Source: Nemertoderma westbladi (taxonomy: Eukaryota; Animalia; Xenacoelomorpha). Taken from it: a stretch of DNA of 64,000 nucleotides. How positions within the stretch are numbered: position 1 is the first letter of the stretch; each line of letters opens with the position of its first letter. The stretch covers positions 27,891 to 91,890 of the forward strand of contig JAUCBJ010006616.1 of assembly GCA_032718475.1 (NCBI GenBank), read 5' to 3'. Under the pieces are notes generated by a model that saw nothing but the letters and a program-made list of their open reading frames with translations, did not search any database and had not been told where the DNA came from. Shown one piece after another: positions 30,201-45,200 of the stretch. The translations under genes and the position numbers were made by a program.

Positions 30201-33200
30201 GAGAAAGCTGTACAAATGGCTACTCGACCTCTACCTGGAATACATAAACTGTCCAGACAAAAATCTCTTTTATGTGCGAAACCTGAAACTGAAGATTTGA
30301 TTTTAGAATGTGTTCCAGAACAATCTGATCAACCAACTGAAGTGGTATCTGAAACTGCTGGAACTAATATATTGAAAAAGAATATACCATTGTCATCTGT
30401 TTTGAGTCCTGATGGAATTTTAGGTGGAATGGAATCTTATGCTGCTGGTGCATCCCTCTCTCATGGACTTGTTTCGGCTCCTTTACAAGATCTAGTGATG
30501 GAATCGGAGGGAATCACTATGTTATCTAGTGTTCCAGTTACTGGGTCGAGGTTAGATGTATCTATTGTTCACCCAGAAATAGCTGGTGTTGTTGTATCAC
30601 ATCTAACACCGATGTTTATAATTCCTTTACAAGAGTGTACATCGTTTTTAGTTGGTGAAGTGGCCATGTTAGCAATACAAGTAAGAGCATCCCCTCCTGT
30701 TAGTATTCAGTGGTTTAAAGATGATACAATGGTTGAAGGATCTAAGTTTAATGTTTTAACGGTACCTTTAGAGGAAGATTTTGTATTTACTAGTCATTTG
30801 TATATAGAAAATGTTTCTTATGATGATGCTGGTTCCTATTCTTGTCGGGCTTCCAATACATATGGGGAGGAGGAAACCATTACTTCGCTTATTATCTCTC
30901 ATACAAAGGCTCATATTGAGCACATTGATTCTATTGGTGAACCTTCCGCAGACTCTTCCAATATTGTAAATATTAAACCGGACGCAATTCCGGATGTTTC
31001 AGTAACTAAATCTCCTTTAGAAGAAGTAATGTCTAACCCCCCTAAAACTAAATCTATATCCTCAGAATTAGAAATAGTTGATGGAGTTGACAATGTAGTT
31101 GTAAAAGAAGATTCTGAACTTTCAACATTATCTGAAGAGGGAACTGAACTTATTTCTGCCACTGAAGGGGCAATTTCCACTGGAGTTCCTACTGTTGAAA
31201 CACATGGTATTGAATCTGTTGTTGACATTGACGAAGTTGATGTGTGTGAAGATGATAAAACAGTAACTGACAAGACTTTACAAATGCATGAAGAATCAAC
31301 GGCGACCCCTATGTATTCAGAGATAGAAGTTGATTCAAAAATAGTTTCAGAAGATGTATCAACTTTCTCTGTTGACATTAAGGAAGATATTGATATATTT
31401 GCAGAACAGTCAGAATCTGTAGAGTACACAATTGATGTAAAAGACGACCAAATCTCAATCGAGCAGGAGTCATCAATCATCAGATTACCCGCAGAAAGTC
31501 AAATTGAGATTAAAGATGAATCAATGACTGAACTGCCTTTAGAAGATGACACATCTCTGTACCCTGAAGTAAAGACCATTTCTGCAGAATTAAACATTGC
31601 TGACAGATTTGATACTCCAGTTGTAAAGGGTGATGCGTTAGAGTCCACTTTATCTGAAGAAGAAACTGAACCAATTTCGGATTTGGAAAGTTACATAGAA
31701 AAAGCACCTGTAACTGAACCTATTTCTGCCACAGAAGGTGTAATTTCTACCGGTGTTCCTACTGTTGAAACACATGATGTTGAATCTGTTGTTGACATTG
31801 ACGAAGTTGATGTGTGTGAAGCTGATAAAACAGTAACTGACAAGACTTTACAAAGATATGAAGAATCAACGACGACTCCTATGTATTCAGAGATAGATGT
31901 TGATACAAAACATGTTTCACAAATTGTTTCTACTGTCTCTGTTGAAATTAAGGAAGATATTGATATATTTGCAGAACAGTCAGAATCTGTAAAGGATACT
32001 ATTGAAGTGAAAGATGACCAAATGTCAATAGAACAGGAGTCTACCGTCATCAGAATACCTGCAGAAGCAAAAACTGTCGTGGAGGATGATTCGGTTTTCG
32101 AACTTCCTCTAGAAACAGAAAATTATATATTTCCCGAAACAAACATTATTTCCATTGCATTAAACACGGCTGATGAACTTGGTCCTCCCATGGCAAAAGG
32201 GACTGGGCTGCAATTGAGTTTGTCTGATAGTGATACCGAGCCTATTCCGCAATTGGGCTGTGTTCTTGAGAGAGCTATTGCTGTTGGGCAGAAGTATTCT
32301 TCAGAAAGTTTTTTAACAAACCGTGTTGAGGTTGAAGGGTTAGCATTAAATTCTGCTAGTGTTTTTCAAGATGCTCTTGTTTCAGTTTTGAATGACAAAA
32401 CTTTCATATATTTAACCTCAAGTAGTGTGAGTGGAACCTATTTTGACCATCCCACCGCCATCTCTGTGCCAGTGGAAGGAATTCCCATTCTATGTAGTAT
32501 CATTGATAGTGGAGTAGATCATATACTAGAAGATAATGCAATGGCAGCTATTGTGACAGACGTTTGGCCTCTGGATACATACAATGTTATTGAAGATGTC
32601 TTGATACATCAGGAGTTGTTATATATTTTACCTCAGGTTTTGGAAGAATGTATGTTTGAACTTACAAGTTTAGATGATCAAGAAATTTTGCAAGAAACCT
32701 CAATAACTCGTGTAGCTAATATTCTTGCTTTGCAAAAACAGTTGACTTGCATTGTTTATGGATTTCCTGAAGATAATTTTCCAGAATCATGTGACTCACC
32801 AATTGAAGTTTTATCTAGTCCCCTTATTGAAGCTGCCGATCTATTCGATTTTAAAACTTTGTCTTGTAATAAACTCACAACTTCTTCCATTATTGAAGGT
32901 GTTGCCGAAAATATCCTGAATGATTGTGAAGACACGTTCTGTATAGATTATGAGATACTGCCATCTAATGTAGATGTATCAATAGCTGATGCACCACAAT
33001 TAACTGTAGAATCCTTTACACCTGTAGAACATGGCACAGGATTGGATACTCAAATTGACGATGAAGACACTATTTGCAAATTACCTGAAAACACTTATCA
33101 AGCCTCAGTATTGAATGTTGTCGGTGGTACTTGTAATGACATTTGTTCCGTTACTCCTGTTGTGGAAGGTACAGCCATACGTGATATCATAGAAGATAAT

Positions 33201-36200
33201 AGTGTTGAAATGGATTCTGATATTGTAGTTCCTATGGCCGCAACAACTATTGTTAATGTAGATATGCCAGTTGATGATAGGTCTGTTCAAATAACAATTG
33301 TCAAAGGTGGTGCCATACAGTCAACTTTATCTGAAGAAGAAACTGAACCAATTTCCGATTTGGAAACTTATATCGAAAAAGCTCCTGTAACTGAACCTAT
33401 TTCTACCACTGATGAAGTAATTTCCACCAGAGTTCCTACAATTGAATCACATGATGTTGAATCTGTTGTTGACTTTGACGAAGTTGATGTGTGTGAAGCT
33501 GATGAAACAGAAACTGACAAGACTTTACAAATGTATGAAGAATTATCGTCGACCCCTATGTTTTCAGAGATAGAAGTTGATTCAAAAATAGTTTCAGAAG
33601 ATGTATCAAGTTTCTCTGTTGACATTAAGGAAGATATTTATATATTTGCAGATCAGTCAGAATCTGTAGAGTACACAATTGATGTGAAAGACGACCAAAT
33701 GTCCATGGAGCAGGAGTCATCAATCATTAGATTACCCGCAGAAAGTCAAATTGAGATTAAAGATGAATCAATGTCTGAACTTCCTTTAGATGAGGACACA
33801 TATCTGTACCCTGATGTGAAGACCATTTCTGCAGAATTAAACATTGCTGACAGATTTGATATGCCAGTTGTGAAAGGTGATGCGTTAGAGTCCACTTTAT
33901 CTGAAGAAGAAACTGAACCAATTTTGGATTTGGAAAGTTACATAGAAAAAGCACCTGTAACTGTACCTATTTCTGCCACTGAAGGGGCAATTTCCACCGC
34001 AGTTCCTACAATTGAAACACATGATGTTGAATCTGTTGTTGACATTGACGAAGTTGATGTGTGTGAAGCTGATGAAAGAAGAACTGACAAGACGTTACAA
34101 ATGTATGAAGAATCAACGGCGACCCCTATGTATTCAGAGATAGAAGTTGATTCAAAAATAGTTTCAGAAGATGTATCAAGTTTCTCTGTTGACATTAAGG
34201 AAGATATTGATATATTTGCAGAACAGTCAGAATCTGTAGAGTACACAATTGATGTAAAAGACGACCAAATCTCAATCGAGCAGGAGTCATCAATCATCAG
34301 ATTACCCGCAGAAAGTCAAATTGAGATTAAAGATGAATCAATGTCTGAACTTCCTTTAGAAGATGACACATCTCTGTACCCTGATGTGAAGACCATTTCT
34401 GCAGAATTAAACATTGCTGACAAATTTGATATGCCAGTTGTGAAAGGTGATGCGTTAGAGTCCACTTTATCTGAAGAAGAAACTGAACCAATTTCGGATT
34501 TGGAAAGTTACATAGAAAAAGCACCTGTAACTGTACCTATTTCTGCCACTGAAGGGGCAATTTCCACTGGAGTTCCTACAATTGAAACACATGATGTTGA
34601 ATCTGTTGTTGACATTGACGAAGTTGATGTGTGTGAAGCTGATGAAAGAAGAACTGACAAGACGTTACAAATGTATGAAGAATCAACGGCGACCCCTATG
34701 TATTCAGAGATAGAAGTTGATTCAAAAATAGTTTCAGAAGATGTATCAAGTTTCTCTGTTGACATTAAGGAAGATATTGATATATTTGCAGAACAGTCAG
34801 AATCTGTAGAGTACACAATTGATGTGAAAGACGACCAAATCTCAATCGAGCAGGAGTCATCAATCATCAGATTACCCGCAGAAAGTCAAATTGAGATTAA
34901 AGATGAATCAATGTCTGAACTTCCTTTAGATGAGGACACATCTCTGTACCCTGATGTGAAGACCATTTCTGCAGAATTAAACATTGCTGACAGATTTGAT
35001 ATGCCAGTTGTGAAAGGTGATGCGTTAGAGTCCACTTTATCTGAAGAAGAAACTGAACCAATTTTGGATTTGGAAAGTTACATAGAAAAAACACCTGTAA
35101 CTGTACCTATTTCTGCCACTGAAGGGGCAATTTCCACTGGAGTTCCTACAATTGAAACACATGATGTTGAATCTGTTGTTGACATTGACGAAGTTGATGT
35201 GTGTGAAGCTGATGAAACCGAAACTGACAAGACTTTACAAATGTATGAAGAATCAACGGCGACCCCTATGTATTCAGAGATAGAAGTTGATTCAAAAATA
35301 GTTTCAGAAGATGTATCAACTTTCTCTGTTGACATTAAGGAAGATATTGATATATTTGCAGAACAGTCAGAGTCTGTAGAGTACACAGTTGATGTAAAAG
35401 ATGACCAAATGTCCATGGAGCAGGAGTCATCAATCATTAGATTACCCACTCAGTCTCAAATTGATATGAAGGATGAATTAGTGTCTGATGTTCCTTTAGA
35501 ACAAGAAACTTCTCTGTACCCTGAAACGAAAACTATTTCTTCAGAATTAGACACTGCTGACAGATTTGATATGCCAGTTGTGAAAGGTGATGCGTTAGAG
35601 TCCACTTTATCTGAAGAAGAAACTGAACCAATTTTGGATTTGGAAAGATACATAGAAAAAGCACCTGTAACTGTACCTATTTCTGCCAGTGAAGGGGCAA
35701 TTTCCACCGCAGTTCCTACAATTGAAACACATGATGTTGAATCTGTTGTTGACATTGACGAAGTTGATGTGTGTGAAGCTGATGAAACAGTAACTGAGAT
35801 GGCTTTACAAATGTATGAAGAATCAACGGCGACCCCTATGTATTCGGAGATAGAAGTTGATTCAAAAATAGTTTCAAAAGATGTATCAACTTTCTCTGTG
35901 GACATTAAGGAAGATATTGATATATTTGCAGAACAGTCAGAATCTGTAGAGTACACAATTGATGTAAAAGACGGCCAAATCTCAATCGAGCAGGAGTCAT
36001 CAATCATCAGATTACCTGCAGAAAGTCAAATTGAGATCAAAGAAGAATCAATGTCTGAACTTCCTTTAGAAGATGACACATCTCTGTACCCTGAATTGAA
36101 GACCATTTCTGAAGAATTAAACATTGCTGACAGATTTGATACTCCAGTTGTGAAAGGTGATGCGTTAGAGTCCACTTTATCTGAAGAAGAAACTGAACCA

Positions 36201-39200
36201 ATTTCTAACTTGGAAAGTTACATAGAAAAAGCACCTGTAACTGAACCTATTTCTGCCACTGAAGGGTCAATTTCCACTGGAGTTCCTACAATTGAGTCAC
36301 ATGATGTTGAATCTGTTGTTGACATTGACGAAGTTTATGTGTGTGAAGCTGATGAAACAGTAACTGACAAGACTTTACAAATGTATGAAGAATCAACGTC
36401 GACCCCTATGTATTCAAAGATAGAAGTTGATTCAAAAATAGTTTCAAAAGATGTATCAACTTTCTCTGTAGACATTAAGGAAGATATTGACATATTTGCA
36501 GAACAGTCGGAATCTGTAGAGTACACAATTGATATAAAAGACGACCAAATCTCAATCGAGCAGGAGTCATCAATCATCAGATTACCTGCAGAAAGTCAAA
36601 TTGAGATCAAAGATGAATCAATGTCTGAACTTCCTTTAGAAGATGACGCATCTCTGTACCCTGAAGTGAAGACCATTTCTGAAGAATTAAACATTGCTGA
36701 CATATTTGATACTCCAGTTGTGAAAGGTGATGCGTTAGAGTTCACTTTATCTGAAGAAGAAACTGAACCAATTTCGGATTTGGAAAGTTACATAGAAAAA
36801 GCACCTGTAACTGTACCTATTTCTGCCACTGAAGGGGCAATTTCCACTGGAGTTCCTACAATTGAAACACATGATGTTGAATCTGTTGTTGACATTGACG
36901 AAGTTGATGTGTGTGAAGCTGATGAAAGAGTAACTGACAAGACTTTACAAATGTATGAAGAATCAACGGCGACCCCTATGTATTCAGAGATAGAGATAGA
37001 AGTTGATTCAAAAATAGTTTCAGAAGATGTATCAAGTTTCTCTGTTGACATTAAGGAAGATATTGATATATTTGCAGAACAGTCAGAATCTGTAGAGTAC
37101 ACAATTGATGTAAAAGACGACCAAATCTCAATCGAGCAGGAGTCATCAATCATCAGATTACCTGCAGAAAGTCAAATTGAGATCAAAGATGAATCAATGT
37201 CTGAACTTCCTTTAGAAGATGACACATCTCTGTACCCTGAAGTGAAGACCATTTCTGAAGAATTAAACATTGCTGACAGATTTGATACTCCAGTTGTGAA
37301 AGGTGATGCGTTAGAGTCCACTTTATCCGAAGAAGAAACTGAACCAATTTTGGATTTGGAAAGTTACACAGAAAAAGCACCTGTAACTGAACCTATTTCT
37401 GCCACTGAAGGAGCAATTTCCACCGGAATTCCTATAATTGAAACACATGATGTTGAATCTGTTGTTGACATTAACGAAGTTGATGTGTGTGAAGCTGATG
37501 AAACAGTAACTGAGATGCCTTTACAAATGTATGAAGAATCAAGGGCGACCCCTATGTATTCGGAGATAGAAGTTGATTCAAAAATAGTTTCAAAAGATGT
37601 ATCAACTTTCTCTGTGGACATTAAGGAAGATATTGATATATTTGCAGAACAGTCAGAATCTGTAGAGTACACAATTGATGTGAAAGACGACCAAATCTCA
37701 ATCGAGCAGGAGTCATCAATCATCAGATTACCTGCAGAAAGTCAAATTGAGATCAAAGATGAATCAATGTCTGAACTTCCTTTAGATGAGGACACATCTC
37801 TGTACCCTGATGTGAAGACCATTTCTGAAGAATTAAACATTGCTGACAGATTTGATACTCCAGTTGTGAAAGGTGATGCGTTAGAGTCCACTTTATCTGA
37901 AGAAGAAACTGAACCAATTTCGGATTTGGAAAGTTACATAGAAAAAGCACCTGTAACTGTACCTATTTCTGCCACTGAAGGGGCAATTTCCACTGGAGTT
38001 CCTACAATTGAAACACATGATGTTGAATCTGTTGTTGACATTGACGAAGTTGATGTGTGTGAAGCTGATGAAAGAGTAACTGACAAGACTTTACAAATGT
38101 ATGAAGAATCAACGGCGACCCCTATGTATTCAGAGATAGAAGTTGATTCAAAAATAGTTTCAGAAGATGTATCAACTTTCTCTGTTGACATTAAGGAAGA
38201 TATTGATATATTTGCAGAACAGTCAGAATCTGTAGAGTACACAATTGATGTAAAAGACGACCAAATCTCAATCGAACAGGAGTCATCAATCATCAGATTA
38301 CCCGCAGAAAGTCAAATTGAGATCAAAGATGAATCAATGTCTGAACTTCCTTTAGAAGATGACACATCTCTGTACCCTGAAGTGAAGACCATTTCTGAAG
38401 AATTAAACATTGCTGACAGATTTGATACTCCAGTTGTGAAAGGTGATGCGTTAGAGTCCACTTTATCTGAAGAAGAAACTGAACCAATTTTGGATTTGGA
38501 AAGTTACACAGAAAAAGCTCCAGTAACTGAACCTATTTCTGCCACTGAAGGAGCAATTTCCACCGGAATTCCTACAATTGAAACACATGATGTTGAATCT
38601 GTTGTTGACATTAACGAAGTTGATGTGTGTGAAGCTGATGAAACAGTAACTGAGATGCCTTTACAAATGTATGAAGAATCTACGGCGACCCCTATGTATT
38701 CGGAGATAGAAGTTGATTCAAAAATAGTATCAGAAGATGTATCAAGTTTCTCTGTTGACATTAAGGAAGATATTGATATATTTGCAGAACAGTCAGAATC
38801 TGTAGAGTACACAATTGATGTAAAAGACGACCAAATCTCAATCGAGCAGGAGTCATCAATCATCAGATTACCCGCAGAAAGTCAAATTGAGATCAAAGAT
38901 GAATCAATGACTGAACTTCCTTTAGAAGATGACGCATCTCTGTACCCTGAAGTGAAGACCATTTCTGAAGAATTAAACATTGCTGACATATTTGATACTC
39001 CAGTTGTGAAAGGTGATGCGTTAGAGTCCACTTTATCTGAAGAAGAAACTGAACCAATTTCGGATTTGGAAAGTTACATAGAAAAAGCACCTGTAACTGT
39101 ACCTATTTCTGCCACTGAAGGGGCAATTTCCACTGGAGTTCCTACAATTGAAACACATGATGTTGAATCTGTTGTTGACATTAACGAAGTTGATGTGTGT

Positions 39201-42200
39201 GAAGCTGATGAAACAGTAACTGAGATGCCTTTACAAATGTATGAAGAATCAACGGCGACCCCTATGTATTCGGAGATAGAAGTTGATTCAAAAATAGTTT
39301 CAAAAGATGTATCAACTTTCTCTGTGGACATTAAGGAAGATATTGATATATTTGCAGAACAGTCAGAATCTGTAGAGTACACAATTGATGTGAAAGACGA
39401 CCAAATCTCAATCGAGCAGGAGTCATCAATCATCAGATTACCTGCAGAAAGTCAAATTGAGATCAAAGATGAATCAATGTCTGAACTTCCTTTAGAAGAT
39501 GACACATCTCTGTACCCTGAAGTGAAGACCATTTCTGAAGAATTAAACATTGCTGACAGATTTGATACTCCAGTTGTGAAAGGTGATGCGTTAGAGTCCA
39601 CTTTATCTGAAGAAGAAACTGAACCAATTTTGGATTTGGAAAGTTACACAGAAAAAGCACCTGTAACTGAACCTATTTCTGCCACTGAAGGAGCAATTTC
39701 CACCGGAATTCCTACAATTGAAACACATGATGTTGAATCTGTTGTTGACATTAACGAAGTTGATGTGTGTGAAGCTGATGAAACAGTAACTGAGATGCCT
39801 TTACAAATGTATGAAGAATCAACGGCGACCCCTATGTATTCGGAGATAGAAGTTGATTCAAAAATAGTTTCAAAAGATGTATCAACTTTCTCTGTGGACA
39901 TTAAGGAAGATATTGATATATTTGCAGAACAGTCAGAATCTGTAGAGTACACAATTGATGTGAAAGACGACCAAATCTCAATCGAGCAGGAGTCATCAAT
40001 CATCAGATTACCTGCAGAAAGTCAAATTAAGATCAAAGATGAATCAATGTCTGAACTTCCTTTAGAAGATGACGCATCTCTGTACCCTGAAGTGAAGACC
40101 ATTTCTGAAGAATTAAACATTTATGACATATTTGATACTCCAGTTGTGAAAGGTGATGCGTTAGAGTCCACTTTATCTGAAGAAGAAACTGAACCAATTT
40201 CGGATTTGGAAAGTTACATAGAAAAAGCACCTGTAACAGAACCTATTTCTGCCACTGAAGGGGCAATTTCCACTGGAGTTCCTACAATTGAATCACATGA
40301 TGTTGAATCTGTTGTTGACATTGACGAAGTTGATGTGTGTGAAGCTGATGAAACAGTAACTGACAAGACTTTACAAATGTATGAAGAATCAACGTCGACC
40401 CCTATGTATTCAGAGATAGAAGTTGATACTAAACATGTTTCACAAGATGTTTCAACTGTCTCTGTTGTAATTAAGGAAGATATTGATATATTTGCAGAAC
40501 AGTCAGAATCTGTAGAGTACACAATTGATGTGAAAGACGACCAAATCTCAATCGAACAGGAGTCATCAATCATCAGATTACCCGCAGAAAGTCAAATTGA
40601 GATTAAAGATGAATCAATGTCTGAACTTCATTTAGAAGAAGACACATCTCTGTACCCTGAAGTCAAGACTCTTTCTGCAGAATTAAACATTGCTGAACGA
40701 TTTGATACTCCAGTTGTAAAAGGTGATGCGTTAGAGTCCACTTTATCTGAAGAAGAAACTGAACCAATTTCGGATTTGGAAAGTTACATAGAAAAAGCAC
40801 CTGTAACTGCACCTATTTCTGCCAGTGAAGGGGCAATTTCCACCGGAGTTCCTACAATTGAAACACATGATGTTGAATCTGTTGTTGACATTGACGAAGT
40901 TGATGTGTGTGAAGCTGATGAAACCGAAACTGACAAGACTTTACAAATGTATGAAGAATCAACGGCGACCCCTATGTATTCAGAGATAGAAGTTGATTCA
41001 AAAATAGTTTCAGAAGATGTATCAAGTTTCTCTGTTGACATTAAGGAAGATATTGATATATTTGCAGAACAGTCAGAATCTGTAGAGTACACAATTGATG
41101 TAAAAGACGACCAAATCTCAATCGAGCAGGAGTCATCAATCATCAGATTACCCGCAGAAAGTCAAATTGAGATCAAAGATGAATCAATGTCTGAACTTCC
41201 TTTAGAAGATGACGCATCTCTGTACCCTGAAGTGAAGACCATTTCTGAAGAATTAAACATTTATGACATATTTGATACTCCAGTTGTGAAAGGTGATGCG
41301 TTAGAGTCCACTTTATCTGAAGAAGAAACTGAACCAATTTCGGATTTGGAAAGTTACATAGAAAAAGCACCTGTAACAGAACCTATTTCTGCCACTGAAG
41401 GGGCAATTTCCACTGGAGTTCCTACAATTGAATCACATGATGTTGAATCTGTTGTTGACATTGACGAAGTTGATGTGTGTGAAGCTGATGAAACAGTAAC
41501 TGACAAGACTTTACAAATGTATGAAGAATCAACGTCGACCCCTATGTATTCAGAGATAGAAGTTGATACTAAACATGTTTCACAAGATGTTTCAACTGTC
41601 TCTGTTGTAATTAAGGAAGATATTGATATATTTGCAGAACAGTCAGAATCTGTAGAGTACACAATTGATGTGAAAGACGACCAAATCTCAATCGAACAGG
41701 AGTCATCAATCATCAGATTACCCGCAGAAAGTCAAATTGAGATTAAAGATGAATCAATGTCTGAACTTCATTTAGAAGAAGACACATCTCTGTACCCTGA
41801 AGTCAAGACTCTTTCTGCAGAATTAAACATTGCTGAACGATTTGATACTCCAGTTGTAAAAGGTGATGCGTTAGAGTCCACTTTATCTGAAGAAGAAACT
41901 GAACCAATTTCGGATTTGGAAAGTTACATAGAAAAAGCACCTGTAACTGCACCTATTTCTGCCAGTGAAGGGGCAATTTCCACCGGAGTTCCTACAATTG
42001 AAACACATGATGTTGAATCTGTTGTTGACATTGACGAAGTTGATGTGTGTGAAGCTGATGAAACCGAAACTGACAAGACTTTACAAATGTATGAAGAATC
42101 AACGGCGACCCCTATGTATTCAGAGATAGAAGTTGATTCAAAAATAGTTTCAGAAGATGTATCAAGTTTCTCTGTTGACATTAAGGAAGATATTGATATA

Positions 42201-45200
42201 TTTGCAGAACAGTCAGAATCTGTAGAGTACACAATTGATGTAAAAGACGACCAAATCTCAATCGAGCAGGAGTCATCAATCATCAGATTACCCGCAGAAA
42301 GTCAAATTGAGATTAAAGATGAATCAATGTCTGAACTTCCTTTAGATGAGGACACATCTCTGTACCCTGATGTGAAGACCATTTCTGCAGAATTAAACAT
42401 TGCTGACAAATTTGATATGCCAGTTGTGAAAGGTGATGCGTTAGAGTCCACTTTATCTGAAGAAGAAACTGAACCAATTTTGGATTTGGAAAGTTACATA
42501 GAAAAAGCACCTGTAACTGTACCTATTTCTGCCACTGAAGGGGCAATTTCCACTGGAGTTCCTACAATTGAAACACATGATGTTGAATCTGTTGTTGACA
42601 TTGACGAAGTTGATGTGTGTGAAGCTGATGAAACCGAAACTGACAAGACTTTACAAATGTATGAAGAATCAACGGCGACCCCTATGTATTCAGAGATAGA
42701 AGTTGATTCAAAAATAGTTTCAGAAGATGTATCAAGTTTCTCTGTTGACATTAAGGAAGATATTGATATATTTGCCGAACAGTCAGAATCTGTAGAGTAC
42801 ATAATTGATGTGAAAGACGACCAAATCTCAACGGAGCAGGAGTCATCAATCATCAGATTACCCGCAGAATGTCAAATTGAGATCAAAGATGAATCAATGA
42901 CTGAACTTCCTTTAGATGAAGACACTTCTCTGTACCCTGAAGTGAAGACCATTTCTGCAGAATTAAACATTGCTTACAGATTTGATACTCCAGTTGTAAA
43001 AGGTGATGCGTTAGAGTCCACTTTATCTGAAGAAGAAACTGAACCAATTTCTGATTTGGAAAGTTACATAGAAAAAGCACCTGTAACTGAACCTATTTCT
43101 GCCACTGAAGGGGCAATTTCCACTGGAGTTCCTACAATTGAAACACATGATGTTGAATCTGTTGTTGACATTGACGAAGTTTATGTATGTGAAGCTGATG
43201 AAACAGTAACTTCCAAGACTTTACAAATGTATGAAGAATCAACGGCGACCCCTATGTATTCGGAGATAGAAGTTGATACAAAAGTAGTTTCAAGAGATGT
43301 ATCAACTTTCTCTGTGGACATTAAGGAAGATATTGATATATTTGCAGAACAGTCAAAATCTGTAGAGTACACAATTGATGTGAAAGATGACCAAATGCCC
43401 ATGGAGCAGGAGTCATCAATCATTAGATTACCCGCAGAAAGTCAAATTGAGATCAAAGATGAATCAATGACTGAACTTCCTTTAGATGAAGACACATCTC
43501 TGTACCCTGAAGTGAAGACCATTTCTGCAGAATTAAACATGGCTGGCAGATTTGTTACTCCAGTTGTAAAAGGTGATGCGTTAGAGTCCACTTTATCTGA
43601 AGAAGAAACTGAACCAATTTCGGATTTGGAAAGTTACATAGAAAAAGCACCTGTAACAGAACCTATTTCTGCCACTGAAGGGGCAATTTCCACTGGAGTT
43701 CCTACAATTGAAACACATGATGTTGAATCTGTTGTTGACATTGACGAAGTTGATGTGTGTGAAGCTGATGAAAGAGTAACTGACAAGACTTTACAAATGT
43801 ATGAAGAATCAACGGCGACCCCTATGTATTCAGAGATAGAAGTTGATTCAAAAATAGTTTCAGAAGATGTATCAAGTTTCTCTGTTGACATTAAGGAAGA
43901 TATTGATATATTTGCAGAACAGTCAGAATCTGTAGAGTACACAATTGATGTAAAAGACGACCAAATCTCAATCGAGCAGGAGTCATCAATCATCAGATTA
44001 CCTGCAGAAAGTCAAATTGAGATCAAAGATGAATCAATGTCTGAACTTCCTTTAGAAGATGACACATCTCTGTACCCTGAAGTGAAGACCATTTCTGAAG
44101 AATTAAACATTGCTGACAGATTTGATACTCCAGTTGTGAAAGGTGATGCGTTAGAGTCCACTTTATCTGAAGAAGAAACTGAACCAATTTTGGATTTGGA
44201 AAGTTACACAGAAAAAGCACCTGTAACTGAACCTATTTCTGCCACTGAAGGAGCAATTTCCACCGGAATTCCTACAATTGAAACACATGATGTTGAATCT
44301 GTTGTTGACATTTTCGAAGTTGATGTGTGTGAAGCTGATGAAACAGTAACTTCCAAGACTTTACAAATGTATGAAGAATCAACGGCGACCCCTATGTATT
44401 CGGAGATAGAAGTTGATTCAAAAATAGTTTCAAAAGATGTATCAACTTTCTCTGTGGACATTAAGGAAGATATTGATATATTTGCAGAACAGTCAGAATC
44501 TGTAGAGTACACAATTGATGTGAAAGACGACCAAATCTCAATCGAACAGGAGTCATCAATCATCAGATTACCCGCAGAAAGTCAAATTGAGATTAAAGAT
44601 GAATCAATGTCTAAACTTCATTTAGAAGAAGACACATCTCTGTACCCTGAAGTCAAGACTCTTTCTGCAGAATTAAACATTGCTGAACGATTTGATACTC
44701 CAGTTGTAAAAGGTGATGCGTTAGAGTCCACTTTATCTGAAGAAGAAACTGAACCAATTTCGGATTTGGAAAGTTACATAGAAAAAGCACCTGTAACTGC
44801 ACCTATTTCTGCCAGTGAAGGGGCAATTTCCACCGGAGTTCCTACAATTGAAACACATGATGTTGAATCTGTTGTTGACATTGACGAAGTTGATGTGTGT
44901 GAAGCTGATGAAACAGAAACTGACAAGACTTTACAAATGTATGAAGAATCAACGTCGACCCCTATGTATTCAGAGATAGAAGTTGATACAAAACATGTTT
45001 CACAAGATGTTTCAACTGTCTCTGTTGTAATTAAGGAAGATATTGATATATTTGCAGAACAGTCAGAATCTGTAGAGTACACAATTGATGTGAAAGACGA
45101 CCAAATCTCAATCGAACATGAGTCATCAATCATCAGATTACCCGCAGAAAGTCAAATTGAGATTAAAGATGAATCAATGTCTGAACTTCCTTTAGAATAT

